From Candidatus Sumerlaeales bacterium (GTDB lineage: Bacteria > Sumerlaeota > Sumerlaeia > Sumerlaeales > Sumerlaeaceae): DNA of 64,000 nucleotides. This document shows, in pieces, positions 37,118 through 46,948 of this stretch (position 1 is the first letter of the stretch; each line of letters starts with the position of its first letter). The stretch lies in NCBI GenBank assembly GCA_038243585.1, contig JBBSQY010000007.1, positions 33,445-97,444 of the forward strand, written 5' to 3'. Under the pieces are notes generated by a model, which was not told where the DNA came from, did not search any database, and saw only the letters and a program-made list of their open reading frames with translations. A program made the position numbers and the translations under genes.

Positions 37118-39874
37118 TTACCGATGCAGCGAAAATTCTTGTTCGGGGTCAATGTCCAGGGCTTTGATGGCTTTTTCCACGACAGCCGGTTTAATCTGGC
37201 CTTCCTGGGCGAGCCTTGTCAGCACTGCGACTACGGTGTGTTCTGCATCAGTTTCGTAAAAGCGGCGTAGATTTTTCCGGCTCTCGCTGCGGCCATATCC
37301 GTCGCAGCCGAGGGTGTGCAGACCGCCTGGAACCCATTTCTCGATCTGATCGGCCACCAGGCGCATCTGATCGCTTACGGCGATAAACACGCCCGTTTCG
37401 TTTTTCAGAAGATTTTCCAGGTAGCTGGTCTTTTTCTGCTTTGCCGTGGGGTGCAGAGCGTTCCAGCGGTCACATTCCATACAGTCATAGCGGAGCGATT
37501 TATAGCTGGTCGCGCTCCATACGTCTGCATCAACGCCATAGTCTGTCGCCAGTATCTGCTGGGCTTTCAGGGCCGCGTTAACGGCGGAGAAATCGCCGAA
37601 GATGTGAGCCTTTAATTTGCCGTTGCCGCCGCCCGCGCGCAGCTTATACAGGCCCTTAAGGATGCCGTCATGGCAGCCTTCCGGCATGGGAAGCTGTTCG
37701 TAGTTTTCATTACCGAGGGTAATGTAGTAGAAAATGTCTTCCTGATCCTGGAACATGCGGCGCATGCCGTCCTGGATGATCGTTGCGATTTCAAACCCAT
37801 AGGCCGGCTGATATACCAGGCAGTTAGGGATGGTGTTTGCAAGGATCGGGCTGTGACCATCCTGATGCTGGAGACCTTCACCATTGAGTGTGGTCCGTCC
37901 GGCGGTGCCGCCCATTAGGAAGCCGCGCGCGCGAATGTCGCCGGCAAGCCAGCACAAATCGCCGACTCTCTGGAAACCAAACATGGAGTAATAAGTGTAG
38001 AATGGCATCATCTGCTTGCCCTGGGTCGCGTAAGCGGTTCCGGCTGCGATGAAGCTGGACATAGCCCCTGCTTCGTTGATGCCTTCTTCAAGGATCTGGC
38101 CGTTGACAGCTTCCTTATAGTAGGCTGTCATCTTGCGATCAACCGGTTCGTAAAGCTGACCAACGTGGCTATAGATGCCGTACTGCGAGAACAGGCTGTC
38201 CATGCCGAAGGTGCGTGCTTCATCCGGGATGATTGGGACTATATACTTGCCAAATTCCTTATTTTTTAAAAGCGCAGGAAGAATGGCACCGGCAAATGTG
38301 CCGGTGGTCGACGCGATGTTTCCAGTCATTTTATCGATAGCTGGTTTAAAGAATTCGAGGCCGGGAGTTTCAATAGCTGCGGCGTCGGCAACTCTGGCGG
38401 GAACATGGCCGCCCAACTCGTTCCGGCGCGCTTCGATGTAATTCTGCTCGGGGCTGTTCTTCGGGAAACGATAGAACGGCAGGTCCTTCATTTCGGCGTC
38501 AGAAACGGGGATATGGAAGCGATCGCGGAAAGCAGCCAGTTCCTCTTCCTGAAACTTGTCGCCTTTCTGGTTATGGGCGATGTTGCGGCCTTCGCCCATT
38601 TCGCCGAGACCGTAGCCTTTGACCGTCTTGGCAAGAATAACCGTTGGCCGGCCGTTGGTTTCGATAGCGGCCTTATAGGCAGAGTAAACTTTTTGCGGAT
38701 CAAGACCGCCGCGCTTAAGGCTGCGGATTTCGTCGTCCGTCAGGTCCTCAACCATTTTTTTGAGTTCAGGATAGGCGCCGAAGAAATGCTCGCGGTTATA
38801 AGCGCCGCCTTCCACGGAAAACTTCTGATACTGACCGTCCACGACTTCCATCATCCGCTTGCGCAACAGGCCCTTTTTGTCTTTGGCCAGCAGGGGATCC
38901 CAGTTGCTACCCCATACGACCTTAATCACATTCCAGCCGGCGCCCTTAAAGATGGCTTCCAGTTCCTGAATGATTTTGCCGTTGCCGCGCACAGGGCCGT
39001 CAAGGCGCTGAAGGTTACAGTTGATGACCCAGGTCAGATTATCCAGACATTCGCGGCTGGCCAGGGTAATTGCGCCCAGGCTTTCCGGCTCGTCCACTTC
39101 ACCGTCGCCGAGAAACGCCCAGACGCGAACGCCCTTGTCTTCCTTGATGCCGCGATCAATCAGGTAGCGGTTAAACCGCGCCTGGTAAATTGAGTTAATA
39201 GGGCCGAGGCCCATGCTTACGGTGGGGAACTGCCAGAAATCCGGCATAAGCCAGGGGTGCGGATAGCTGCTCAGCCCGCCGCCTTCGGCGAGTTCGCGCC
39301 GAAAGTTATGAAGTTTGTTGGCTGGGAGGCGACCTTCAACATAAGCCCTGGAATACATTCCGGGGGAAGCATGCCCCTGAAAGAAAATCTGATCACCAGG
39401 GAAATCTTCTGTACGGCCACGGAAAAAGTGGTTGTAGCCGACTTCGTATAGAGTGGCCGCGCTGGCATAAGTGGAGATATGCCCGCCGATGCCTTCGATG
39501 GGGTTGCCATCTTCATCCTTCTGAGTGTTAGCCTTAACGACCATTGCCATGGCATTCCAGCGAACAACGCTTTTGATGCGGCGTTCCATTTCGCGGTCGC
39601 CGGGATACTCAGGCTCCAGGTGGGCGGCAATGGTGTTCACATAAGGAGTGTTGGCGGTAAACGGCACCTGAACGCCTGAGATGCGGGCTGCTTCAATAAT
39701 GTCTTCCAGCAGCATGCGGGCGCGTTCCGGCCCCTGCTCGGCAAGCACATATTCCAGCGCCTCAATCCACTCGCGGGTTTCCGCGTCGTCAAGATGGCCG
39801 TTGGCATCGCCAAGGGCACCGGTGTTATTTTGCAGTTCATCTGTCGATTGAGTGGGCATATCCAGTGTAGTCAT
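37118..39874 (-). CDS. aceE: Pyruvate dehydrogenase E1, homodimeric type
   Basis: ETREW, GGHISTY, FPTVSMGLG, GDGEVDE TPP motif, GEGLQHQDG. Confidence 0.97.
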   Translation of the reverse strand: MTTLDMPTQSTDELQNNTGALGDANGHLDDAETREWIEALEYVLAEQGPERARMLLEDIIEAARISGVQVPFTANTPYVNTIAAHLEPEYPGDREMERRIKSVVRWNAMAMVVKANTQKDEDGNPIEGIGGHISTYASAATLYEVGYNHFFRGRTEDFPGDQIFFQGHASPGMYSRAYVEGRLPANKLHNFRRELAEGGGLSSYPHPWLMPDFWQFPTVSMGLGPINSIYQARFNRYLIDRGIKEDKGVRVWAFLGDGEVDEPESLGAITLASRECLDNLTWVINCNLQRLDGPVRGNGKIIQELEAIFKGAGWNVIKVVWGSNWDPLLAKDKKGLLRKRMMEVVDGQYQKFSVEGGAYNREHFFGAYPELKKMVEDLTDDEIRSLKRGGLDPQKVYSAYKAAIETNGRPTVILAKTVKGYGLGEMGEGRNIAHNQKGDKFQEEELAAFRDRFHIPVSDAEMKDLPFYRFPKNSPEQNYIEARRNELGGHVPARVADAAAIETPGLEFFKPAIDKMTGNIASTTGTFAGAILPALLKNKEFGKYIVPIIPDEARTFGMDSLFSQYGIYSHVGQLYEPVDRKMTAYYKEAVNGQILEEGINEAGAMSSFIAAGTAYATQGKQMMPFYTYYSMFGFQRVGDLCWLAGDIRARGFLMGGTAGRTTLNGEGLQHQDGHSPILANTIPNCLVYQPAYGFEIATIIQDGMRRMFQDQEDIFYYITLGNENYEQLPMPEGCHDGILKGLYKLRAGGGNGKLKAHIFGDFSAVNAALKAQQILATDYGVDADVWSATSYKSLRYDCMECDRWNALHPTAKQKKTSYLENLLKNETGVFIAVSDQMRLVADQIEKWVPGGLHTLGCDGYGRSESRKNLRRFYETDAEHTVVAVLTRLAQEGQIKPAVVEKAIKALDIDPEQEFSLHR

Positions 39875-39934
39875 TAACTCCAGGCTCTATGTTTCAGGCA
39901 CACCGAGGGCGGCGCGCGTCAATAGGGGTCTAAA

Positions 39935-40624
39935 TCACTCTGGCAGTTTTATTTCAAGGGATTGCCGGGTGGGATTTTGAGAACTGGAGATTAAACTGAT
40001 TACGCGTCGACCTATCGCCTCGGACGGTTCGATTACCTTCGCCCGCCCTGCGGCAATTTCGACAATCAGTTCTTCTATCCAGTGATAGTGCGTGCATCCG
40101 AGCACGATAACGTCGGCGCCTTTTTCACAGGCCTCATTAATGACGGCCTCTATTTCCTGGCGGTTGATCTTGTTGTTTTCGATCATATAAGCCCAGTTGC
40201 GGCAATTGGGTTCGAGGACTTTAATCTGTGCGGCGTACTTGCCAAGCAGTGTATGATATCGATCGCTCGCAAGGGTGACAGGAGTGGCGCAGACAGCAAT
40301 GGTTTTTGTTTTGGTGAGCATTGCCGCGGTTTTAATCATTGGTTCTATACCGATAAATTTTTGATCCGGATAGCGGGCACGCAGGGTTTCGATGGCAATT
40401 GCGGTGGCGGTGTTGCAAGCGAGAATAATGATATCACAGTGATCTTTTAGCAGCGGTTGGATGGCCGCGTCCGTAAGGGAAATAACGCTGTCGGGAGTTT
40501 TATCGCCATAGGGAACATTCTCGTGGTCGTTCACGGCAATGATTGATGCGTCAGGAAATGTATGGGCGAGGGCGAGCGCAACGGCTTCGCCGCCAATGCC
40601 GGAATCGAATACGCCCAGTTTCAT
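39935..40624 (-). CDS. murI: Glutamate racemase
   Basis: MKLGVFDSGIGG, PYG, and ACNTA / LGCTHY catalytic cysteines. Confidence 0.88.
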   Translation of the reverse strand: MKLGVFDSGIGGEAVALALAHTFPDASIIAVNDHENVPYGDKTPDSVISLTDAAIQPLLKDHCDIIILACNTATAIAIETLRARYPDQKFIGIEPMIKTAAMLTKTKTIAVCATPVTLASDRYHTLLGKYAAQIKVLEPNCRNWAYMIENNKINRQEIEAVINEACEKGADVIVLGCTHYHWIEELIVEIAAGRAKVIEPSEAIGRRVISLISSSQNPTRQSLEIKLPE

Positions 40625-40747
40625 GCTGGCAAGTATGGCATAATCTGAGAAGTCTGTAAAAATAGCATAACCGGATACCCTCGCCAAAATTGATCTTATG
40701 CACTATTATGCATGAAGCCTCTTAAGGAATGCGGTGTCTGTAATTCA

Positions 40748-41464
40748 ATGAAATTTCTTGATCTCAACCTCCTTTCGCCTGAAGCGAACCTCGCCCTTGA
40801 AGAAGCCCTGCTGGAATGGGCGGAAGCCGGCGGAGGCGAATGTCTGCGCTTGTGGGAAAGCCCGACGCATTTTGTGGTGTTGGGGGCGGGAAGCCCGCTT
40901 GAGACAGATGTGAATCTGGCCGCCTGCGCCGACAGACAGATTCCAGTGTTGCGCCGGTGCAGCGGCGGAGGCACCGTAATCCAGGGCCCCGGATGCCTGA
41001 ACTACACCCTGGTGCTGGACAAAGACAAACGTGAGGATCTGGCCACAATCGCATCGACAAGTTGTACTATTCTAAAGAGTATAGCACGCGCCATCGAGGT
41101 CTGTGGCGGCGGATCCGTGGCGGTTCAAGGCTACAGCGATTTAACAATTGGCGGTCTCAAGTTTTCAGGCAATGCTCAGCGTCGCCGCAAGCGGTTCATC
41201 CTTTTCCATGGGACTATTCTTTACAACTTCGACCTCGACCTGCTCGCCACCTGCCTGGGCACCCCGGAAAAGATGCCAGACTATCGCGAAGAGCGTGAGC
41301 ATGACAGTTTCGTCACCAATCTTGCCGTGGAAGCTGAATGCCTGAAACAGGAAATCCGGCGCGAGTGGGGAGCCGACGTTGGCCTGACGGCGTGGCCTGC
41401 TGACCGCACGGAAGAGCTGGCAGCCGGCAGATACGCTGATCAGGGTTGGATTCGAAGCATCTGA
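40748..41464 (+). CDS. Lipoate-protein ligase family protein
   Basis: NLALEEALL, RRCSGGGTV, KFSGNAQ and FHGT motifs; located next to the PDH genes. Confidence 0.9.
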   Translation: MKFLDLNLLSPEANLALEEALLEWAEAGGGECLRLWESPTHFVVLGAGSPLETDVNLAACADRQIPVLRRCSGGGTVIQGPGCLNYTLVLDKDKREDLATIASTSCTILKSIARAIEVCGGGSVAVQGYSDLTIGGLKFSGNAQRRRKRFILFHGTILYNFDLDLLATCLGTPEKMPDYREEREHDSFVTNLAVEAECLKQEIRREWGADVGLTAWPADRTEELAAGRYADQGWIRSI

Positions 41465-41594
41465 TTTTTCTTTTAACATCGTGCACAAAACTTTCCATTT
41501 CATCTTTGAACAGGCATCCCCGCCTCATTGTTACCTTATGGTCACTAGCACGGGGCGCGAGCTCACGGCTGCTATATCCTGAATTGACCATGCC

Positions 41595-42119
41595 ATGACT
41601 ATTGAAGTTGCCATCCAGCCATCCATCTCCTCCGGGACGGCGATCGCTCGAAAAGCGACCGTGGATGATGTCGAGCGCCTGCAAAAACTGATCAGCGTGT
41701 TTGCCTCGCGAAACGAGATGCTGCACCGCAGCCTGAATGAGTTGTATGAGACAATCCGCGACTTCAGTGTTGTATCAATTGGCGACGAGGTCGTGGCGTG
41801 CAGCGCTCTTCATGTCACGTGGGATGACCTTGCGGAACTAAAATGCGTCGCCGTGGGTGAAAACTGGCAGGGTCACGGCCTTGGGCGGGTGGTCGTAGAT
41901 AAGTGCCTGGCCGAGGCACGGGAGCTGCAACTTAGGCGGGTGTTTACATTGACCTACCAACCGGCTTTTTTCGCGAAATTTCGTTTTCAGATCGTCGACC
42001 GTAATACGCTTCCTCACAAGGTCTGGGGGGAGTGCATCAAGTGTCATAAATTTCCGGATTGTCACGAGGTCGCCATGATGCATTATGTGGGACGCAGGGC
42101 GGGCATGCCGACCCCGTGA
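41595..42119 (+). CDS. Short GNAT N-acetyltransferase (ArgA-like amino-acid acetyltransferase)
   Basis: MLHRSLNELYE.IRDF, WDDLAE, QGHGLG, LPHKVWGECIKC.KFPDC. Confidence 0.85.
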   Translation: MTIEVAIQPSISSGTAIARKATVDDVERLQKLISVFASRNEMLHRSLNELYETIRDFSVVSIGDEVVACSALHVTWDDLAELKCVAVGENWQGHGLGRVVVDKCLAEARELQLRRVFTLTYQPAFFAKFRFQIVDRNTLPHKVWGECIKCHKFPDCHEVAMMHYVGRRAGMPTP

Positions 42120-42183
42120 GGCGCTGGTATAACCTTCGCTGAAAGCTTTAAGGGATTTTGATAATCAAGGGGAGTAACTGGGA

Positions 42184-44187
42184 ATGATCAAGGGACTTAA
42201 AATCACAGCGGCGCTGGCGCTTAGCCTTGCCCTGGCAGCGCCTGCGGGGGCTGCCAGCGATAATGACGAGCCGGACGACAGCAGCTTTATCAGCCGCCTG
42301 GCTGACGCCGCCGAGCAGATGGCAGAAGGCTCTGATGCAACTTCTGGCACAGCGAGTGAAAAAGACGGCGAGAATAGTGACAAAAAGTCCACATCGAAGA
42401 ACGACGCCAAGAGCAGCCTTTCAAAATTAATAAAAAGCTCTGACAGCAAAACGAAAACCGCCAACGGCAAAAAGGTGCTTGTTCTCCCCATCCAGGGTAA
42501 CATCCAGGAGCGCGCCCAGGAAATGGTGCTCTTCGGTGAACAGCCCGAAAGCCTAAAAAAGTATGTAGATATTCTGCGCAAGGCGCGGCTGGATAATGAA
42601 GTGAAAACTGTCGTGCTACGCGTGGGGCCCAACAGCCTGGGCATGGCCACCGGACAGGAGCTCCGCGAAGCTATCAGCGAGCTGAAGAAGAAAAACAAAA
42701 ACGTCATCGCCATTATGGAAGACAACAGCCAGGCCAGCTACCTGGTGGCTGCGGCAGCGAACGAAGTCGTTATGCCGCCCAGCAACGATCTGATGCTTCA
42801 TGGGGTGAGCGCTGATTCCTACTTTCTGAAAAACCTTCTGGCCAAGGTGGGCGTGAAGGTTCAAATCATCCACATCGGCCAGTATAAGAGTTATGGTGAA
42901 ACCTATACCCAGGACGACTTCACCTCTCCGGCGCGCCAGAACATCCAGGAGATCGTGGACGGGGTCTACAGCCAGGTCACAGCAATGGTGGCCGAAAGCC
43001 GCAACATGACGCCGGACAAAGCCGAAGAAGTCATTAACGCAGGACCTATCGGCGCAGAAAAGGCAAAAGAGCTGGGTCTTGTGGATCGGATCGCTTATGC
43101 AGATGAAGTGCTGCAGGGCCTTGAAAAGAAGTCTTTCGAAATTGTAAAAGCAGAAGATTATAACAGTTCCACAAAGACCGATACTTCCTCGGAAGTCAGC
43201 CTGCTCAGTCTGCTGAGCTTGATAAACAAATCCGACTCCTCAGAGGATTCGACCAATAAAGACCTGCCGCGAGTGGCCGTTCTATATGCGGTTGGACCTA
43301 TCACCCTGGGCGGCAGCGGTGGATCCGGCTTCGGCTCCAGCACAGAAATCGCGTCTCAGGATATGATTGATGAGCTGGAAAAGCTGAAAGAGGACGACAA
43401 GATCAAGGCGGTCATCCTGCGAGTCAACAGCCCCGGCGGGAGCGCTTTCGCGTCAGATCTCATCTGGAAAAAAGTGGAAGAGCTTAAAAAGAAAAAGCCG
43501 GTCATCGCCAGCATGGGCGATGTGGCCGCGTCCGGCGGGTACTATATTTCCATGGGTGCTACTAAGATCATTGCTCAACCCGGCACCGTCACCGGCAGCA
43601 TTGGCGTTGTAGGCGGAAAGCCAAACCTCAAAGGCCTGTATGAGAAGCTGGGCGTAAACAAAACCACCATCTCCAAAGGAAAATACGCTGGCTTGTTTTC
43701 CGAGACCACAGACTTTTCGTCGGAAGAACACAAGGTTATCGAGTCCATGATGAAGCGCACTTACGACGAGTTCGTGAACAAGGCGGCCCAGGGTCGCAAC
43801 CGCACTTATGACCAGGTCCACGAAGTGGCCCAGGGGCGCGTGTGGGTCGGCACGGACGCGAAGAAGGTAGGACTCGTGGATGAGCTGGGCGGCATGGACA
43901 GGGCCATCGTTGAAACCAAGGCGCTGATCGGTCTGACGCCGGACGATAAAGTTCGCCTGATCTCTTACCCGAAAGAAAAAAGCATTGTGGATATGCTTCA
44001 AAAGGCTTTCGGCGCAAGCTCAACAGCGGTAAACGTTGGAGACTCGCCGGGACTGAATCTACTGCTGAGCGCATTGCCGGTGCCCGAAGGGCTGACCGCC
44101 GTCCTTAAACAAGCCACCAGCATTTCAAAGATGTTCAACAAAGAAAACGTTCTGACGGTAATGCCCTTCACCCTCGACCTGCGATAA
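42184..44187 (+). CDS. sppA: Signal peptide peptidase SppA (two S49 domains)
   Basis: GQYKSY (Lys), LRVNSPGGS, SMGDVAASGGY (Ser), GSIGV and AQGRVW motifs. Confidence 0.93.
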   Translation: MIKGLKITAALALSLALAAPAGAASDNDEPDDSSFISRLADAAEQMAEGSDATSGTASEKDGENSDKKSTSKNDAKSSLSKLIKSSDSKTKTANGKKVLVLPIQGNIQERAQEMVLFGEQPESLKKYVDILRKARLDNEVKTVVLRVGPNSLGMATGQELREAISELKKKNKNVIAIMEDNSQASYLVAAAANEVVMPPSNDLMLHGVSADSYFLKNLLAKVGVKVQIIHIGQYKSYGETYTQDDFTSPARQNIQEIVDGVYSQVTAMVAESRNMTPDKAEEVINAGPIGAEKAKELGLVDRIAYADEVLQGLEKKSFEIVKAEDYNSSTKTDTSSEVSLLSLLSLINKSDSSEDSTNKDLPRVAVLYAVGPITLGGSGGSGFGSSTEIASQDMIDELEKLKEDDKIKAVILRVNSPGGSAFASDLIWKKVEELKKKKPVIASMGDVAASGGYYISMGATKIIAQPGTVTGSIGVVGGKPNLKGLYEKLGVNKTTISKGKYAGLFSETTDFSSEEHKVIESMMKRTYDEFVNKAAQGRNRTYDQVHEVAQGRVWVGTDAKKVGLVDELGGMDRAIVETKALIGLTPDDKVRLISYPKEKSIVDMLQKAFGASSTAVNVGDSPGLNLLLSALPVPEGLTAVLKQATSISKMFNKENVLTVMPFTLDLR

Positions 44188-44202
44188 ATAAAACGGCAAA
44201 AT

Positions 44203-44238
44203 AACGCGGAGCCGGATGCCTCTATCCGGCTCCGCGTT
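44203..44238. terminator. Likely bidirectional terminator
   Basis: AACGCGGAGCCGGAT-GCCTCT-ATCCGGCTCCGCGTT 15-bp stem between convergent genes. Confidence 0.75.
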
Positions 44239-44348
44239 TATCATTTACAACTCGCTCAAAGGTCCCTCCGTATCGCAGCCCAACTGAACGCCTTGGAGTG
44301 CAGCGACTTGTCGCCGCGTTCATTATGCGCCTTGCGCCCTCTGCAACA

Positions 44349-45665
44349 TCACTGATAAAGCTGCCAATCCCGTGCAGCGGAAACCGGCCCCGGCTGTAGT
44401 CGGCGCGAGTAAACGGCCTTCGTCTCCGGCGCCCCCGGCTGACCAAACATTACCGACACGAAACCGTTGGCCCCTGCGGTCAAAGCCTGCTGCGGCACGT
44501 TACCCGTTTCATCCTGCAGGCGCGCCCACGGGGTCCAGGTTTGCCCTAGATCGCTTGTGCGGGTAACCAGGCCAGGCACCTGAAGTCTCAAAGAGATGGT
44601 AACGGCATAGCGTGCCGTGGCCATTACAACAATTTCGCCATTTTCACTATAGACAATCTTTTCAGGGACGATCTGTTGAAGATTAGGTATCTCGTCAAGC
44701 AGATCCGGCGGCCCAGGAATGTCCCTGAATGAGTGCCCGTTATTGTTCGAATGCCGTATGCGAAGGCTATCCGCCCCGTAGACCCATTCATCCGCCAGAA
44801 TCCAGTTGTCGGTGCCGTCTGTGCCGCCGACTGTTGAGACAATAGGTAAACCGAACGTGGCCCCGTTGTCATAACTAAACCTGGAAACCCGTTTGCCGGA
44901 AGTTGGCCTACCAAGAACAATCGGGAGATCATACTCATAGTAATTAATGAGTACGGCTTCTGACAGCGGGTCTGACTGAATATCCGCTTTATAATGCATG
45001 GGATTTTGATTCTGTAATATTATCGTTGATCCCCATGTTACGCCGTCATCCGTGGAGCGGACGTAGCGAACAACTCTTCCTGTACTCTGCATAACAATCC
45101 AGCAGGAGTTTCCGCAGTAAGCAACAAGCAACTGAGCGGAGTAAGCCGGGTCCTCTGCCGTAACAGGAAATTTCTCACTTAGGTCGACTATTGCAGGCCA
45201 GGTTTGACCGGAGTCGTGGGAAATTACAACGCCATGTTGGGGCACATAAGGCAGGTTGTGTTCCCCCACGACAATCGATGTCATCCAAATTCCATTTTCT
45301 CCAGCGGCAATTCTCGCGCCACGCCGATCGACGTTGTCTCTGCTTAAGGCAGGTAAAAGCTCACTTGGCTCGCTCCAACTCGCTCCGCGGTCGAAAGATT
45401 GCGCGAAGTAAGACGTATAGTAATGCGAGTGATTCTCTGGAACATTAACTAAGTAAACCCACACGGCCACCATCGTTCCGTTGGTGTCGCTGTCAACCGT
45501 AACACTTTGTACGTCCGCCGGACCCTGGTCCAGAATCACGGGAGGACTCCAATCTACCGCCACCCTCGGCATACCGGAACCAGGCAACGGCTCCGCGGCC
45601 ATTGCGGCGGTTGGTAGCAATGGTTGTAAAAGAAAAAGGCCGACTAAACCATGAAGAATATTCAT
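44349..45665 (-). CDS. Secreted BNR/Asp-box (sialidase-like beta-propeller) protein; C-terminal DWQLY tag
   Basis: GGAGG RBS, signal peptide, Asp-boxes (SFDRGASW, SHDSGQTW, STDDGVTW, SYDNGATF, SNNNGHSF, SDLGQTW); ends SAARDWQLYQ. Confidence 0.82.
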   Translation of the reverse strand: MNILHGLVGLFLLQPLLPTAAMAAEPLPGSGMPRVAVDWSPPVILDQGPADVQSVTVDSDTNGTMVAVWVYLVNVPENHSHYYTSYFAQSFDRGASWSEPSELLPALSRDNVDRRGARIAAGENGIWMTSIVVGEHNLPYVPQHGVVISHDSGQTWPAIVDLSEKFPVTAEDPAYSAQLLVAYCGNSCWIVMQSTGRVVRYVRSTDDGVTWGSTIILQNQNPMHYKADIQSDPLSEAVLINYYEYDLPIVLGRPTSGKRVSRFSYDNGATFGLPIVSTVGGTDGTDNWILADEWVYGADSLRIRHSNNNGHSFRDIPGPPDLLDEIPNLQQIVPEKIVYSENGEIVVMATARYAVTISLRLQVPGLVTRTSDLGQTWTPWARLQDETGNVPQQALTAGANGFVSVMFGQPGAPETKAVYSRRLQPGPVSAARDWQLYQ

Positions 45666-45761
45666 ATTTTTGCCTCCAATCTTTTCGGACCTGAAAATAT
45701 TCATTTTAACACTTGCATGAAATACAATGCCATCTAAGCTAAAAGTCCATAAACCTTCGTA

Positions 45762-46652
45762 TTATGGGGTTACTACAACGTCAATAGGACACGGCAGCGG
45801 TTGGGCAAGAGGATCGTTGTGTCTCGTGGTGAGATGGATGCGTCCGAGATGCGGGGCGGGCTGATGGCAGCGGTTTGAGTAGCTGAGTTCGCCGGGAAAA
45901 CTGTGCTGCTTCTTTAGCGCGACGGCGAGCTCAGGGCGGGAGATCAGCCGGGTCGAGGTAACGTGGCGGATGCCTGTGATGGGTGATCGGGCGAGGTCGA
46001 TGATGCGGTCGGCCAGGAGCGACGCCGGGACGGCGGAGCGAGATTCGTCCTGGATAATCGTCACGGGCAACCCGGCAGTCAGGCGGTAGCGCAGCCAGTC
46101 TACGTGGCCGCTTTTTCCGTCGAGGGATGCACCGATGGGCAGGCCCGCGCGGATGAGAAGCGTCCCCGGCCGATCGACGGCCGCAATTCGCGTAAGCGCC
46201 AGCTGTTCCGCCTCGGTGCGGATGGCGCCGTAGCGGCTTACGGGGCAAGTCACGCTCATTTCGTCATAAGCGCCGTCGTCCCCGAACACGTGGTCCGACG
46301 AAACGTAAACAAGGCGCGTATCATCAGGCAGAGCGTCCAGCACGCGTCGCAGATTCCCGACATTGATCTCCCGAGCCCATTCCGGGTTTTGCTCGCATTT
46401 GCTTACGTCGCAGACGGCGTCGCAGTAAATGATGACGGACGCGGGAGGAAGCGTGGCGCAGAAGGCGGCGAGTTCCTGCGGGTCGTGCAAAGCCAGCCGG
46501 GGCCAGTCGGCTACAGCGGGATTGCGAGAGCGGGACGTGACGATGCAGGTGACGCCGGCGCGGAAACGCAGGAAAATATTGTATCCAACAATGGAAGTGG
46601 CCCCGAAAAGAAAAACAGGGACGGGTTGGCCAAAATCAGGAGAAACTATCAT
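45762..46652 (-). CDS. RmlD-like sugar-nucleotide-binding SDR protein
   Basis: CEQNPEWAREINV, YVSSDHVF, and degenerate GATSIVG and YGAIR motifs. Confidence 0.75.
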   Translation of the reverse strand: MIVSPDFGQPVPVFLFGATSIVGYNIFLRFRAGVTCIVTSRSRNPAVADWPRLALHDPQELAAFCATLPPASVIIYCDAVCDVSKCEQNPEWAREINVGNLRRVLDALPDDTRLVYVSSDHVFGDDGAYDEMSVTCPVSRYGAIRTEAEQLALTRIAAVDRPGTLLIRAGLPIGASLDGKSGHVDWLRYRLTAGLPVTIIQDESRSAVPASLLADRIIDLARSPITGIRHVTSTRLISRPELAVALKKQHSFPGELSYSNRCHQPAPHLGRIHLTTRHNDPLAQPLPCPIDVVVTP

Positions 46653-46696
46653 CGCAGATGAGACAGCGTCAACGTCGCGAAATTGCCCAACAGACA

Positions 46697-46887
46697 GAAG
46701 TAGCATAGGCGTCCCGCCTGTGTAGGGCCGACGTATGAAGTAGCATAGGCGTCCCGCCTGTGTAGTTTGACTTTGGCGGACGAACACGCCCAAGGGCTTG
46801 TCTAAAAACCAATGCTGGTACGACACAGGCGGGACGCCTATGCTACTTCAAGCTGAAATGACACAGGCGAGACGCCTATGCTACTTC
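46697..46887. repeat. Cluster of four GTAG-type REPs (two forward, two inverted; REPIN/BIME-like)
   Basis: GAAGTAGCATAGGCGTCCCGCCTGTGT at 46697 and 46737; reverse complements at 46823 and 46861. Confidence 0.9.
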
Positions 46888-46948
46888 ACCTTGACACCGC
46901 GTCTGTCCTCCGTCGGCATTACCCCAATTTGTTATCGGAGGATTTAAG

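Noticed and set aside
44286..44321. Possible second REP class (TGGAGTGCAGCGACTTGTCGCCGC)
   Set aside because: Forms a hairpin, but only one copy is in the window, so repeat status cannot be supported.
46653..46826. N-terminal extension of the RmlD-like ORF
   Set aside because: Translates through REP repeats; family similarity begins only after 46652.
46697..46887. CRISPR mini-array
   Set aside because: Spacers are only about 11-13 nt, half the copies are inverted, single copies are dispersed elsewhere and there are no cas genes; it fits a REP cluster.
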